Positions 36,321-47,016 of a stretch of 64,000 nt of DNA are shown one piece after another (positions within the stretch are counted from its first letter, which is position 1; each line of letters opens with the position of its first letter). A program made the translations under genes and the position numbers. Below the pieces are notes generated by a model that worked only from the letters and a program-made list of their open reading frames with translations, ran no database searches and had not been told where the DNA came from. The DNA comes from Candidatus Cloacimonadales bacterium (GTDB lineage Bacteria > Cloacimonadota > Cloacimonadia > Cloacimonadales > JAIOQZ01), in NCBI GenBank assembly GCA_963662655.2, contig CAXXTU010000002.1:3232001-3296000 (forward strand), read 5' to 3'.

Positions 36321-37709
36321 GTGAATCGCGAACAAAAACAATTCCAGGAGAAGATCGATCAGGGCTTCAAGCTTTCTCAGAACGATCCCGAGAAGGCGAT
36401 GTCTCTGGCAAGAGAGCTGCTGGATGAAGCCCGGAAGAACAGCTGGGTCAGGGAAGCGGCTCAGGCCCTGCGGCTGGTCGGCGTTCTCTACCGTATCGAC
36501 GCCAAGCTCGATGAAGCTCTCAACTGCTATAAAGAAGCGTTACCGTTATCCGATAAGGTTGGTGACGACTACACCCGAGCTCTGTTATTGAACAACATCG
36601 GGAACATCCATCTCGATTTCGGCAGGTATGGTGAAGCTCTCAAGTACTTCAAGGATTCCCTGCATCTCTGCGAATCGGGAAACAATCTCGAATCTGTCGC
36701 AATCGCGACGAATAACATCGGCATTATCTTCTATCGCATGGAGCAATACGAGAAAGCGCTCGAGCAGCACCACGAGGCCTTGCGCATCAGTGAGGAAATC
36801 GATGATGAGGCGTTGCTGGCCAATTCGATGAACCACATATCGCTGGTCTATGCAAAACTGGATGAACTGGACAAGGCGATCGAGTTCAGCAGCCAGGCGC
36901 ACGATATTTACAAGAAACTGGGCAAGCGCAAGGGGATGCTCTCTTCCTGCGGAAACATCGGTACGTTCTACATACGGAAGAAAGACCCGGAAAAAGCGCT
37001 GGAATACATGGAAAAATCGTATCGGATGGCCGAGGACATCGGAGACCGGAAATCGATCATCGGAAGCCAGTGCAATATCGGGAAGATTTACAAGGACCTC
37101 GGTCAATACGATAAAGCGAAAGCTTTTCTGGACTCCGCCCTTGCGGGGGCACGTGAAATGGGCGCTGAATACATGCAGGGCAAGGCGGCTTTCACGCTCT
37201 ACAACCTGCACAAGAAGATGAACCGGTTCGAGGAAGCGTTAGCCTATCTGGAAGAGTATTATAAAATCAAGATCAATACCTTGCAGCTCGAGCGCAACAG
37301 GCAGCTCTCAGAGATTCAGACCCAGTTCGAGATCGAGAAGAGGGAAAGAGAGGCGGAGGTCTGCAAGATTCGCAACATCGAACTTGCCGAGACAAACCAG
37401 AGGCTCAAGGAAACCCGGGACGAGCTTCTCGCCGCTGAACGACGGAACTCGACCCTGGCGATGGCGATAACTGCGAATCACGAGATCAATCAGCCATTGA
37501 TGGTGATCCAGGGCAACCTCGATATGATGGAACACTTCATGGGTGATGCGGGTAAAGCCGAGAAGATGCAGAAGTATATCTCGACCATCCAGGAAGCGAT
37601 TACCCGGATCAAGAACATCCTGATCAAGTTCAAGAAAGAGAGCCGTTCGCACTACGCGGAGTACAGCTCCGGCTCGCAAATGATCATCTTCGAAGAAGAA
37701 AACGAATAG
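36321..37709 (+). CDS. TPR-repeat protein with C-terminal HisKA-like helix, no ATPase domain
   Basis: TPRs; TANHEINQPLMVI H box near the C-terminus; no N/G boxes. Confidence 0.85.
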   Translation: MNREQKQFQEKIDQGFKLSQNDPEKAMSLARELLDEARKNSWVREAAQALRLVGVLYRIDAKLDEALNCYKEALPLSDKVGDDYTRALLLNNIGNIHLDFGRYGEALKYFKDSLHLCESGNNLESVAIATNNIGIIFYRMEQYEKALEQHHEALRISEEIDDEALLANSMNHISLVYAKLDELDKAIEFSSQAHDIYKKLGKRKGMLSSCGNIGTFYIRKKDPEKALEYMEKSYRMAEDIGDRKSIIGSQCNIGKIYKDLGQYDKAKAFLDSALAGAREMGAEYMQGKAAFTLYNLHKKMNRFEEALAYLEEYYKIKINTLQLERNRQLSEIQTQFEIEKREREAEVCKIRNIELAETNQRLKETRDELLAAERRNSTLAMAITANHEINQPLMVIQGNLDMMEHFMGDAGKAEKMQKYISTIQEAITRIKNILIKFKKESRSHYAEYSSGSQMIIFEEENE

Positions 37710-37727
37710 ATTCGTCAATTAGCCAAT

Positions 37728-39851
37728 TCAGCACGTGTTTTCTCTGATCGCCTGATGAATTTCCTCCGGTGGAATCGGTTTGCTGCAATACGCTCCCTGA
37801 ATGAGCGAGCACCCATGATCCCATAAGAATCTCTTTTGGACTTCCGTCACAACTCCCGACGCAACCGCTTTTGCATGAATGCTTTGCGCAAATTTAATGA
37901 TCGTGATGATCATGTCGTCGATTTTCTGCTCCGTGCCGATTCTGTGAATGAACGAGGAATCGATCTTGATGATATGGATGGGCAACTCGATGAAATGCTG
38001 TAACGAAAGGTAGCCGGTTCCGAATTCGGTCAGCGCGATCTGGAACCCGATATCCTGAAACTTGTTGAGAATCTCCACGGAGAAATCGATATCCTGCAGG
38101 ATGGTGTTTTCGTTGACACCGAGAATGAAGCGATCGCCGCTCAGGCTGCATTGTTCCAGGATTTTCTTCACATTCTGGAACAGGTTCATGTGGAAAAACT
38201 GCCCGGCTGCAACGTCGATCTGTATCCGCTCCAGGGAAGGGATTTCGTTCCACTGATTCAAGTGTTGGCAAGCGTTGTTGAACTGGTACAACAATATCTC
38301 GTGAAAGAGATCGGTGTGCTCGTTGGGGTTGAAGAGGAATTCCGGATGGAAAACCGTCTGTTGCACTTTGTTCCAAGTCATGAGGGCCTCGAGTCCGGTT
38401 ATATGCCCTCCGTCCAGATCGAAATGCGGGAGGTAAACGATCTTGATCTCCTTTTCGTTCAAGGCGGTCATCAGTTCGCTGGATGAAACGGGGTACGCTC
38501 CCAGGTCGCGAGAGAATTGCGGCTTATAAAAGCGGAACTGCTTCTTCCCGCTGTTTTTCGCTTTGTACATGGCGATGTCGGCATGCTTGACAAGGGTCTC
38601 CGGGTTTTCCGAATCCTGCGGATACATGCTGATGCCGATGCTGGTCGAAATCTCGATTCCGTGGTGATTGAAGTCGAATGGCCGGGAGATGTCGGTGACA
38701 ATTCGGTTCGCCACTACGACTGCGTCCTCCTTGGTCTTGAGGTCGGCCAGGATGATGAGAAACTCGTCGCCTCCAAAGCGGGAAACGGTATCGACGCGAC
38801 GCACGCAGTGCTCGAGTCGCCGGGAAACTTGCTGGAGGAGTATGTCTCCGATGTTGTGGCCGTATTTATCGTTCACCTGCTTGAATCCGTCCAGATCCAG
38901 AAACATTACGCCCAGCTTGTTCTTGAACCGCGCAGCGCGCGCGATGTTGCGTTCGAGCCGGTCGAAGCATAGAACACGGTTGGGAAGGCCGGTCAGCGTG
39001 TCGTGATGCGCGATGTGCTGAAGCTTTTTCTCGATCAGCTTTCGCTCGGTGATATCCGCCTGTATCCCAACCAGTCTTATCGCTTTCCCTTCGTCGTTCC
39101 AGACAGCCTGTCCCCGGTAGGCGAACCACTTGCTTTCGCCGCTCTTGGTTCTCATCGGTATTTCGATGTGGAACTGGGGAATATTTTTATCCAGATAATC
39201 CTGCACATACTTGCGGATGTTCGGCAAGTCCTCGGGCTTGATCAGGCTGAAGAAGGATTCGATGTTCGGTTCCAGATCGCCCGATACATACCCGAGGTTT
39301 TCGAGCCAATGGTCGGAAAAATCGGTATATCCGGTGACGATATTCCAGTCCCACACCCCCTCGTTGGTCGATTTCTGTATCAGTTCCCAGCGCTCCTTGC
39401 GGTGACTGAGCTCGCTCGATTTCTCGTCGAGGACCGATTTGAGCTTGTCGCGTTCCTGCCGGAGCAGTTCGTCCGTCTTTCTCAGGCGGATCATGGCCCG
39501 GATTTGCGAAATGAGGTCCGGTATCTCCAAAGGCTTGTGGAGGAAGGCGTCTGCCCCCGCATCCAGGCTCTTCGCCTTCATCGAGTAGTCCGATTCCATG
39601 CCGGTCATGATGACGATGGGGATATGGGCGGTCGAGGGGTTTTCCTTGAGTTTACGGCAGATGTCGTAACCGCCGATCTTTGGCATGACGAGATCGAGAA
39701 GAACGATGTCGGGCTCGATGCGGTAGATCAGATCGAGGCCCTGCAGCCCGTCCGAGGAAAGAATGACCTCATTTTTGGGAAGATATTCGTCAATAATGTC
39801 TTTCAGTGTATGCAGAAAATTATAATCGTCGTCGATAGCAAGTATCTTCAT
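37728..39851 (-). CDS. REC-PAS-GGDEF-EAL protein (diguanylate cyclase, degenerate EAL)
   Basis: DDD/DLVMP receiver; GVWDWN PAS; HDTLTGLPNR, RRVD, GGDEF; EAL with TEFGTG. Confidence 0.93.
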   Translation of the reverse strand: MKILAIDDDYNFLHTLKDIIDEYLPKNEVILSSDGLQGLDLIYRIEPDIVLLDLVMPKIGGYDICRKLKENPSTAHIPIVIMTGMESDYSMKAKSLDAGADAFLHKPLEIPDLISQIRAMIRLRKTDELLRQERDKLKSVLDEKSSELSHRKERWELIQKSTNEGVWDWNIVTGYTDFSDHWLENLGYVSGDLEPNIESFFSLIKPEDLPNIRKYVQDYLDKNIPQFHIEIPMRTKSGESKWFAYRGQAVWNDEGKAIRLVGIQADITERKLIEKKLQHIAHHDTLTGLPNRVLCFDRLERNIARAARFKNKLGVMFLDLDGFKQVNDKYGHNIGDILLQQVSRRLEHCVRRVDTVSRFGGDEFLIILADLKTKEDAVVVANRIVTDISRPFDFNHHGIEISTSIGISMYPQDSENPETLVKHADIAMYKAKNSGKKQFRFYKPQFSRDLGAYPVSSSELMTALNEKEIKIVYLPHFDLDGGHITGLEALMTWNKVQQTVFHPEFLFNPNEHTDLFHEILLYQFNNACQHLNQWNEIPSLERIQIDVAAGQFFHMNLFQNVKKILEQCSLSGDRFILGVNENTILQDIDFSVEILNKFQDIGFQIALTEFGTGYLSLQHFIELPIHIIKIDSSFIHRIGTEQKIDDMIITIIKFAQSIHAKAVASGVVTEVQKRFLWDHGCSLIQGAYCSKPIPPEEIHQAIRENTC

Positions 39852-40001
39852 AAGCTTTTCCTCGCGCCTTTAGATTACCAACACATAATTTTCGAATAAA
39901 ACATCTGCAATGTCAAGATAATCCTTGGATGGACATCGAGAAAATCAAACACGACAGAAAGGCTTGCCGGATTTTCAGATAAACACGATATTCATGGATC
40001 C

Positions 40002-41291
40002 TTACTTGACAAATCTCTCATGAAGTCTTTGCGCGGCGCGTTTAGATTTTTCAAGAGAACGATCCTCGCACCGATTGCATAAAATGCCGTCATCCAGAAG
40101 GATGCTATGACCTTTGAGGACCCACCTCGCTTCTCTTCCGCATGCGCCGAACAGGAGATGCCCGACGATGTTGCCGGGATCGATGGGGGTTACCGGGATA
40201 TAATCCATCACGGCGATGTCGGCAGCTTCACCCGATTGAATTCCCAATGGATATCCGAAATTCGTCTTGAGATTCCAGCCCTGAAGGAGCATTGATTCGA
40301 ATTCGGTGTACCCGATGTCGGGATTCCGGTTGAGCTGCTTGGTGTAGAACGATGCCATGCGCAGGGCGGAAAGGATGTCCGAACTCATGCCGTCGGTGCC
40401 GGAAACGACTCGTATCCCTTTCTCGATCATCTTGTGGATGTTGCCGGCTTGCAGGGCGTTGTTCATGGCCGATTCGATGTTGTGGGCCGCGAATACGGGT
40501 TTCCGGGCGAGCACTTCGAGTTCTTCGTCGCTCAGAAGGTTACAATGGATGAGAAGCGAATCGGGATTCAGCAGTCCGTAGTAATCGAGACGCTCGATTA
40601 GGCCGCGTTTGTATTTCTCGCGGGTGATTATAGCATCGTACGGCGCTTCCGCGACGTGGATGTGGATGGGCGCATTATCGATCTGACGGGAAATCTCTTG
40701 AAGCTGGTCGTCGCTTAGCGTAAAGGAGGCGTGCATGCCGATCATACCGCGCAGGTTTCCGCGAGCCTCTTCGTAAAAACGCAGGTTTTCTTCCAGCGAT
40801 TGCAGGAACACCTCCTGGCCGTTGCGTCCCGATATCTCGAAGCAAAGGACTCCGTTCAGCTCGTAGGCATCGAACACCTCGCCCATCCTTTTCAGGGAGT
40901 CGCGGATGAAACTGCTCGAGATGTGGTGATCGAAGATGGTGGTAACGCCGTACCGGATGCAATCTTCAAGCGTCAGGGCGGTGGAGAGAATCACGTCTTC
41001 CTCGTTGAGTGTGCGATCCAGACGCCACCAGAGTTTCTTCAAAACGCCTTCGAAATTATCGAGGCTCTCCCTTACTGGGATTCCCTTCGCCAGGCAGGAA
41101 TAGATGTGATGGTGGGCGTTAACAAGCCCAGGGAGGATGATTCTGCCTCCACAGTCGATGATGCGGTCGGGTGTTTTACCAGCGAGGTCTTGTACGATTT
41201 TTCCCTGATCGATGAAGATGGAGTCTTCGCGCATTTTCAGCCTGTTTCCGTCCGGATAGATGACGATTCCGTTCCGAAGTTCGAGTATCAT
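40002..41291 (-). CDS. Metal-dependent amidohydrolase (SsnA/chlorohydrolase-like)
   Basis: PGLVNAHHHIYS, GMHASFT, HIHVAE, GTDG. Confidence 0.87.
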   Translation of the reverse strand: MILELRNGIVIYPDGNRLKMREDSIFIDQGKIVQDLAGKTPDRIIDCGGRIILPGLVNAHHHIYSCLAKGIPVRESLDNFEGVLKKLWWRLDRTLNEEDVILSTALTLEDCIRYGVTTIFDHHISSSFIRDSLKRMGEVFDAYELNGVLCFEISGRNGQEVFLQSLEENLRFYEEARGNLRGMIGMHASFTLSDDQLQEISRQIDNAPIHIHVAEAPYDAIITREKYKRGLIERLDYYGLLNPDSLLIHCNLLSDEELEVLARKPVFAAHNIESAMNNALQAGNIHKMIEKGIRVVSGTDGMSSDILSALRMASFYTKQLNRNPDIGYTEFESMLLQGWNLKTNFGYPLGIQSGEAADIAVMDYIPVTPIDPGNIVGHLLFGACGREARWVLKGHSILLDDGILCNRCEDRSLEKSKRAAQRLHERFVK

Positions 41292-41519
41292 GGCAAGTTC
41301 CTATTGTTTTTATTCTAATCAGCAATCGCAATCTGGTTTCGTCAATGAAAAAAGTGGGCATACGAAAACGCGGTGTATCGAAAGATCATGGCGGATAACG
41401 TCAACAAATGGACATTATGCCGGGATGTTGTGAAAAATGGGGGCATTCAAAAATACATTCTTCTTGACACAAAACAATCAGGAAGCCTCTTTTATGAAAA
41501 ATCAATGTCGGGGGATTCT

Positions 41520-43583
41520 ATGAACAAATCATCACTCGCGCTCATCTTAATTTTCGTGTTTACTTCACTTTTCGCAACCAACAATCTCAACATTTCAAGC
41601 CCAGAGCGAACAGGCCGGTCTGTGCCGATAGCGATTACAGCAAGTTCCGCTTTTGTCGATATGGACAGCGCAATATTGAGAGGTCGTATATGTAGCAATG
41701 CCGAGGATGTTGTTGTCTGGTTCGAGTACGGGACGACAACCAGTTATGGTACAGTCGTAGCGGCAGAACCGCACAACGTTTATACGTATCCCGATATTTA
41801 CGAGGAAGTCAGTGCTGAAATTACAGGGCTGGCGCCGTTCAATCAGTATTATTATCGAGTTTATGTAGAATGGACTGGGGAAACGGTTTATGGCAGTAGT
41901 TCAAGCTTTCTGACCGTCCCAAATTTCACCCCGTATGCTCAAACAAATGCTGCAACGGATGTATATATCCACAATGCGACCTTGAATGGTCTCGTTAATC
42001 CAATGAACAGCCTTGTCGATATCGTCTTCGAATACGGAACCGATGCCACCTATGGCACAACAGTGGCTGCGGAGCCGGCGTCTCTCGACGGTACAACGCC
42101 TACGGTGGTTACTAAAGCGCTTACCGGTTTAACGCCCAATACCACCTACCATTATCATGTGGTTGCGGACAATGGAAGTATGGCAGGATATGGCTTGGAT
42201 ATGACATTTACAACGCCAGCGACGGAATGCTTTGGCATTTTCCCGGAAGATGGAGCAATGGATTTACCAAGACAAACAACAGTGACTTGGGAATTCAATG
42301 GTCTTGAGGATATCGTTGAATGGAAAGTCTACTGGACTGAAGATGGCGTTCAAACTTATACTCGTGTATTCAGTTACGGTGGGACGGTTAAACATTTTCA
42401 GTTGCCTGAAGCGAACTGGGGCGAAACCGTGAGCTGGTACGTTATTCCGGTGGACTGGGAAGCAAATGATTGCGAACCTTCGATAACAAGAACTTTTACT
42501 GTCATGTCTGAACCTGCGGATCCGTCCAGTGTACCAACCCAGATCGTCTACGCAGAACAGGATATAAGCGGCGATGCGGATCCTGACGCCATCTCATTGC
42601 CTGCGATCGATCTCGGAAACGGTGATGTTCAGCCGACCATCGATTGTTTGTTCGATAGCGCACCGTTTCCATTTACTTTCTGGTGTGAGGTTTCCGACCA
42701 ACCGCAGAGTCCCGTACCGAATCCATCAGACGTTATCGTTGCATTCAGGGTCAATCTTCCCAGCGATGTTTCAACCGATTTCACGTTTAACTGGGGTGGC
42801 GGTGAGATTCCGGCAAGTATCTACCAGCGTGAAGATGGCTCGGGAGTTTGGACAGAATACATTCCTTCGGGCGAATTTGTAGCAGGTTCCGTTAACATCC
42901 TGGCGAGTGCCGGCGGACGTGCATACGCCCGGGAGTACGTCGTTCTCAGCAGTGAAACTCTTCCGGTTGAGCTTTCTTCCTTTACCGCCATGCAAACGCA
43001 ATCCAACCTCGCGCGCATCGAGTGGGCGACGGCATCGGAAAGCGAACTTCTGGGATATCACGTACTACGTGGAACGCAGGCCGATGTTGACTCGGCGATG
43101 CGGATTACCGCGGAGCCGGTCCCCGCGCAGAATTCACCCTCCGGTAACAGCTACGAGGTCATCGACAACGATGTGAGAGTGGGCGAGACATACAACTACT
43201 GGCTGGAATCCGTCGATTTGAGCGGTTCGCTCAGGCTGCACGGCCCCGTAACGCTCACGATCGTATCCGGTGGAGAAGAGCAGGATGTCCCGGACGCCGA
43301 GCTTCTTACCGGGATTCGCTCTATCTACCCGAACCCGTTCAACCCTTCCACGACGATCAGCTACTATCTTACGGAAGGCGCGTCCGTCGAACTGAGCATC
43401 TTCAATATCCGCGGAGAGAAAGTCCGCAGCTTCAAGAAAGGCTATCAGAACGGCGATTCCCACTACCAGATCGTATGGGACGGCTGCGACGACAACGGCA
43501 AGAAAACCTCGACGGGAACGTACCTGTTCTGCCTGACGGCGGGTGGCCGGGAATTCTCTCAAAAGGCGATCATGATCAAGTAA
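41520..43583 (+). CDS. Secreted protein with FN3-like repeats, PVELSSF linker and FlgD-Ig/T9SS-like C-terminal domain
   Basis: Signal peptide MNKSSLALIL; FEYGT repeats; LPVELSSFTA; YPNPFNPSTTISY...WDG...GTYLF...KAIMIK. Confidence 0.85.
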   Translation: MNKSSLALILIFVFTSLFATNNLNISSPERTGRSVPIAITASSAFVDMDSAILRGRICSNAEDVVVWFEYGTTTSYGTVVAAEPHNVYTYPDIYEEVSAEITGLAPFNQYYYRVYVEWTGETVYGSSSSFLTVPNFTPYAQTNAATDVYIHNATLNGLVNPMNSLVDIVFEYGTDATYGTTVAAEPASLDGTTPTVVTKALTGLTPNTTYHYHVVADNGSMAGYGLDMTFTTPATECFGIFPEDGAMDLPRQTTVTWEFNGLEDIVEWKVYWTEDGVQTYTRVFSYGGTVKHFQLPEANWGETVSWYVIPVDWEANDCEPSITRTFTVMSEPADPSSVPTQIVYAEQDISGDADPDAISLPAIDLGNGDVQPTIDCLFDSAPFPFTFWCEVSDQPQSPVPNPSDVIVAFRVNLPSDVSTDFTFNWGGGEIPASIYQREDGSGVWTEYIPSGEFVAGSVNILASAGGRAYAREYVVLSSETLPVELSSFTAMQTQSNLARIEWATASESELLGYHVLRGTQADVDSAMRITAEPVPAQNSPSGNSYEVIDNDVRVGETYNYWLESVDLSGSLRLHGPVTLTIVSGGEEQDVPDAELLTGIRSIYPNPFNPSTTISYYLTEGASVELSIFNIRGEKVRSFKKGYQNGDSHYQIVWDGCDDNGKKTSTGTYLFCLTAGGREFSQKAIMIK

Positions 43584-43615
43584 CCGGATCGTGAACAAAG
43601 CAAGTTGGTATTCAT

Positions 43616-43642
43616 AGCCGGAGTCTAGCGCTCCGGCTTTTT
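43616..43642 (+). terminator. Intrinsic terminator
   Basis: AGCCGGAG-TCTAGCG-CTCCGGCT-TTTT. Confidence 0.7.
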
Positions 43643-43786
43643 CTACTGTCTGTGTTCGCCTGGAAATGAATACGAATGTAGAACAGTCCGGGCTGTTAAA
43701 AATTCATTTGACAACTGGCAGAGCGATGAAGAAGATAGCACAATTGATACTCGATATCAAACTACCTATTTTGAAAGGAATGAGCA

Positions 43787-44740
43787 TTGAAAAACATACT
43801 TGTAACTGGCGCCGCCGGACAGATTGGAACCGAGCTTGTCTCTTCTCTTCGATCGATTTATGGCGATTCGCATGTGGTCGCATCCGATCTCCGTTCGGAT
43901 CTCACGGGCGAACTTGTGGAACGTGGACCTTTCGAGGTTATCGACTGCCTGAATGCACAGCAATTCAATGATGTCGTGAAGAAATACAAAATCGACACCA
44001 TTTATCATCTCGCGGCACTTCTCTCGGCAGTAGCCGAGGCAAAGCCGGAAGTTGCCTGGAACGTGAACATGGGCGGATTGCAGAACGCGCTCAATATCGC
44101 GAGAGACAATAAAGCCGCCGTATTCACTCCGAGCTCTATTGGAGCGTTCGGACCGACGACCCCTGCGGACAACACTCCCCAGGATACCATCCAGCGTCCC
44201 ACATCGATCTACGGCGTTACCAAAGTGGCCGGAGAGCTCCTTTGCGATTACTATCACAAACGCTTTGGGGTTGACACGCGCGGCGTTCGTTATCCTGGGA
44301 TCATCTCCAGCGTTACCGAGCCGGGCGGAGGCACCACCGATTATTCAGTGCATATATTCTACGAAGCGGTAAAGAAAGGCCATTACACATGTTACATCAG
44401 AAAAGGGACCTTGATGGACATGATGTATATGCCCGATTGCATCAAGGCCGCAATCGACGTGATGGAGGCCGATCCGGCCCGTCTGAAACACCGCAACGCC
44501 TTCAACGTGACCGCCATGAGCTTCGATCCCGAAGAACTCGCCGTTGCAATCCGCAAAGAAATGCCCGAGTTCACCATGGACTACGATGTGGACCCGGTTC
44601 GCCAGGCGATTGCAGATAGCTGGCCCAACAATATGGACGATACGGCTGCAAGGGAAGAATGGGATTGGTGCCCGAAGTACGACATCACTTCCATGACCAA
44701 GGACATGATTGAGAAGCTTACCATCAAACTCAAAGGATAA
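43787..44740 (+). CDS. tdh: L-threonine 3-dehydrogenase (SDR/epimerase type)
   Basis: GAAGQIG, HLAALLSA, PSSIGAFG, YGVTK, PGGGTTDY signature; TTG start with AGGA RBS. Confidence 0.88.
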   Translation: MKNILVTGAAGQIGTELVSSLRSIYGDSHVVASDLRSDLTGELVERGPFEVIDCLNAQQFNDVVKKYKIDTIYHLAALLSAVAEAKPEVAWNVNMGGLQNALNIARDNKAAVFTPSSIGAFGPTTPADNTPQDTIQRPTSIYGVTKVAGELLCDYYHKRFGVDTRGVRYPGIISSVTEPGGGTTDYSVHIFYEAVKKGHYTCYIRKGTLMDMMYMPDCIKAAIDVMEADPARLKHRNAFNVTAMSFDPEELAVAIRKEMPEFTMDYDVDPVRQAIADSWPNNMDDTAAREEWDWCPKYDITSMTKDMIEKLTIKLKG

Positions 44741-44776
44741 TACTGACATACAAATGAAATTACCCGGGATAGTCGA

Positions 44777-45151
44777 TTGATTTTTGGCGTAGGAATAGAC
44801 CACATAGAGGTTGAAAGAGTAAAGAAAAGCGTTGATACAGTCGAAGGCTTTCTTGAAAAAGTCTTCACCCGGAACGAAATCGACAATTGCGAAACCCGTA
44901 AGACAAAGCACCAGTGTTACGCAGCCAGGTTCGCGGCCAAAGAGGCTATGATGAAAGCGCTTGGAACCGGCTGGCAGAATGGCGTGTCATTCACCGACAT
45001 TGAAATCGCCAACGATGAGATGGGCAAGCCCGTCATGCATACATACGGAAAAGTTGACGAAATTCTCAAACTGAATAAAATTCAATCCATTCATGTTTCG
45101 TTGTCACATATCAAGTCAACGGCTGCAGCTATGGTTATACTCGAAATATAA
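44777..45151 (+). CDS. acpS: Holo-[acyl-carrier-protein] synthase
   Basis: GVGID, ARFAAKEA..KALGTG, GKP, SLSH. Confidence 0.93.
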   Translation: MIFGVGIDHIEVERVKKSVDTVEGFLEKVFTRNEIDNCETRKTKHQCYAARFAAKEAMMKALGTGWQNGVSFTDIEIANDEMGKPVMHTYGKVDEILKLNKIQSIHVSLSHIKSTAAAMVILEI

Positions 45152-45192
45152 TATCAGCAAAAGGGCGCTGCCGCGCCTGAAGGAGAGAAAAT

Positions 45193-46899
45193 ATGTCAAA
45201 CATTGGATCCTACGAAGACAGAATTAAAAACTTCAACTGGTCCATTTCCGAACAAGAACTCGAATACCAGGACGGCAACGTTATCAACATCGGCTGGTAT
45301 TGCAGTGATCGAATCTGCGAGAAGGGACACGGCGACCGCGTAGCGCTCTACTGGGAAGGCCTGATGGGCGCGAAGAAGCAATACACCTTCGACGACATCC
45401 GTGTGGCAAGTAACACCGTCGGGCAGTTCCTTCGCAACCTCGGAATCAAGAACGAAGATCGCGTTTGCCTCTTCATGGACAAAATTCCCGAGCTCTACAT
45501 CGGTTTCCTCGGCGTCCTGAAGATTGGCGCGATCGCACAACCGCTTTTCTCCGCGTTCGGCGACGAATCGCTGCTTGTCCGTCTGGACAACGCGGAAACC
45601 ACGGCGATTATCACCCAGAAGAAGCACGTCAACAAAGTCCGCCGCATCCTGGAAAAAACGCCTTACCTCAAACACATCATCGTGGTGGATTACGACGGCA
45701 AGAAACCGCTCCAGGAACGTGAAGTGGCTTTCGATCTGGAAACCGCCGACAAGGTGCAGGATTTCGAGATTTATCCCACCAAGGCCGAGTCTCCATCCGT
45801 TCTGCATTACACCTCTGGCACCACAGGACAGCCAAAGGGCGTCAAGCACGTCCACTACTCGTTGATTTCGCAGTACCTCACCACCAAGTGGGTTCTCGAT
45901 CTCAAGGAGGGCGACGTCTACTGGTGTACCGCCGATCCGGGATGGGTCACAGGTACTTCCTACGGCATCATCGGGCCGTGGAGTCAGGGCGTCACGCAGT
46001 GCGTGCTGGATACCGGTTTCTCCGCCGAATCGTGGTATCAGTTTATCGAGAAATACAAGATCACCGTATGGTACTCAGCGCCGACCGCCATTCGCTCGCT
46101 CATGAAAGCCGGCGACGAACTGGTGAAGAAGTACGACCTTTCGACGCTCCGGCATCTGGCAAGCGTGGGCGAACCGCTCAACCCGGAAGCCGTCGTGTGG
46201 TCGGAGAAAGTGTTTGGAAGAATGTTTCTCGATTCTTACTGGCAGACGGAGACGGGCTCGATCATGATCTCCAACTATCCGGGCATGCGAATCAAGCCGG
46301 GTTCCATGGGAAAACCGTTCCCGGGAATTACGGGAACCATCGTCGATACCTCGACCTTCGAGGAAATCAATGAGCCAGGCAAGATCGGCCTGATCGCCTT
46401 CCGACCGGGATGGCCGGCGATGATGCGTACGTACTGGAACAACGAAGCGACGTATCAGAGCAAGTTCCAGAACGGCTGGTATCTCCCCGGCGATCGCGCA
46501 CATATCGATCCGGACGGCTATTTCTGGTTCGTGGGTCGCGACGACGACGTGATCAACACCGGCGGACACCTTGTCAGCCCGTTCGAAGTCGAGTCTGCGC
46601 TACTGGAGCATGAAGCGGTAGCGGAATCGGCGGTCGTCTCCAAGCCGGACGATGTCAACATGGAAGTCGTGAAGGCTTTTGTCGTGCTCAAGCCCGGGTT
46701 TGAACCCACAGCGGATCTCGAGCTCAAGATCATGAACTTCATTCGCAAGAAACTCTCGCCGCTGGCAATGCCGCAGGAGACCGAATACGTGAAATCCCTG
46801 CCCAAGACGCGCAGCGGTAAAATTATGCGCCGGTTGCTCCACGCCAAGGAGTGGGGCGAAGAGATCGGCGACACCTCAACACTCGAAGACGACGAATAA
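45193..46899 (+). CDS. acsA: Acetate--CoA ligase-like adenylating enzyme (AcsA type)
   Basis: YTSGTTGQPKG, WCTADPGWVTG, SVGEPLNPE, WQTETG, GRDDDVI, PKTRSGKIMRR. Confidence 0.85.
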   Translation: MSNIGSYEDRIKNFNWSISEQELEYQDGNVINIGWYCSDRICEKGHGDRVALYWEGLMGAKKQYTFDDIRVASNTVGQFLRNLGIKNEDRVCLFMDKIPELYIGFLGVLKIGAIAQPLFSAFGDESLLVRLDNAETTAIITQKKHVNKVRRILEKTPYLKHIIVVDYDGKKPLQEREVAFDLETADKVQDFEIYPTKAESPSVLHYTSGTTGQPKGVKHVHYSLISQYLTTKWVLDLKEGDVYWCTADPGWVTGTSYGIIGPWSQGVTQCVLDTGFSAESWYQFIEKYKITVWYSAPTAIRSLMKAGDELVKKYDLSTLRHLASVGEPLNPEAVVWSEKVFGRMFLDSYWQTETGSIMISNYPGMRIKPGSMGKPFPGITGTIVDTSTFEEINEPGKIGLIAFRPGWPAMMRTYWNNEATYQSKFQNGWYLPGDRAHIDPDGYFWFVGRDDDVINTGGHLVSPFEVESALLEHEAVAESAVVSKPDDVNMEVVKAFVVLKPGFEPTADLELKIMNFIRKKLSPLAMPQETEYVKSLPKTRSGKIMRRLLHAKEWGEEIGDTSTLEDDE

Positions 46900-46910
46900 A
46901 GACCATACAC

Positions 46911-46948
46911 AGATCATCCGGGTGGATATTCGCCCGGATGGTCTTTTT
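46911..46948 (+). terminator. Intrinsic terminator after acsA
   Basis: AGATCATCCGGGTG-GATATT-CGCCCGGATGGTCT-TTTT. Confidence 0.7.
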
Positions 46949-47016
46949 ATCATTCCTTCATAAAGTTTTGCAGTATATTGAATTTTCGTGCGTTGGGAAT
47001 GCATGAGGAGGTCTTC

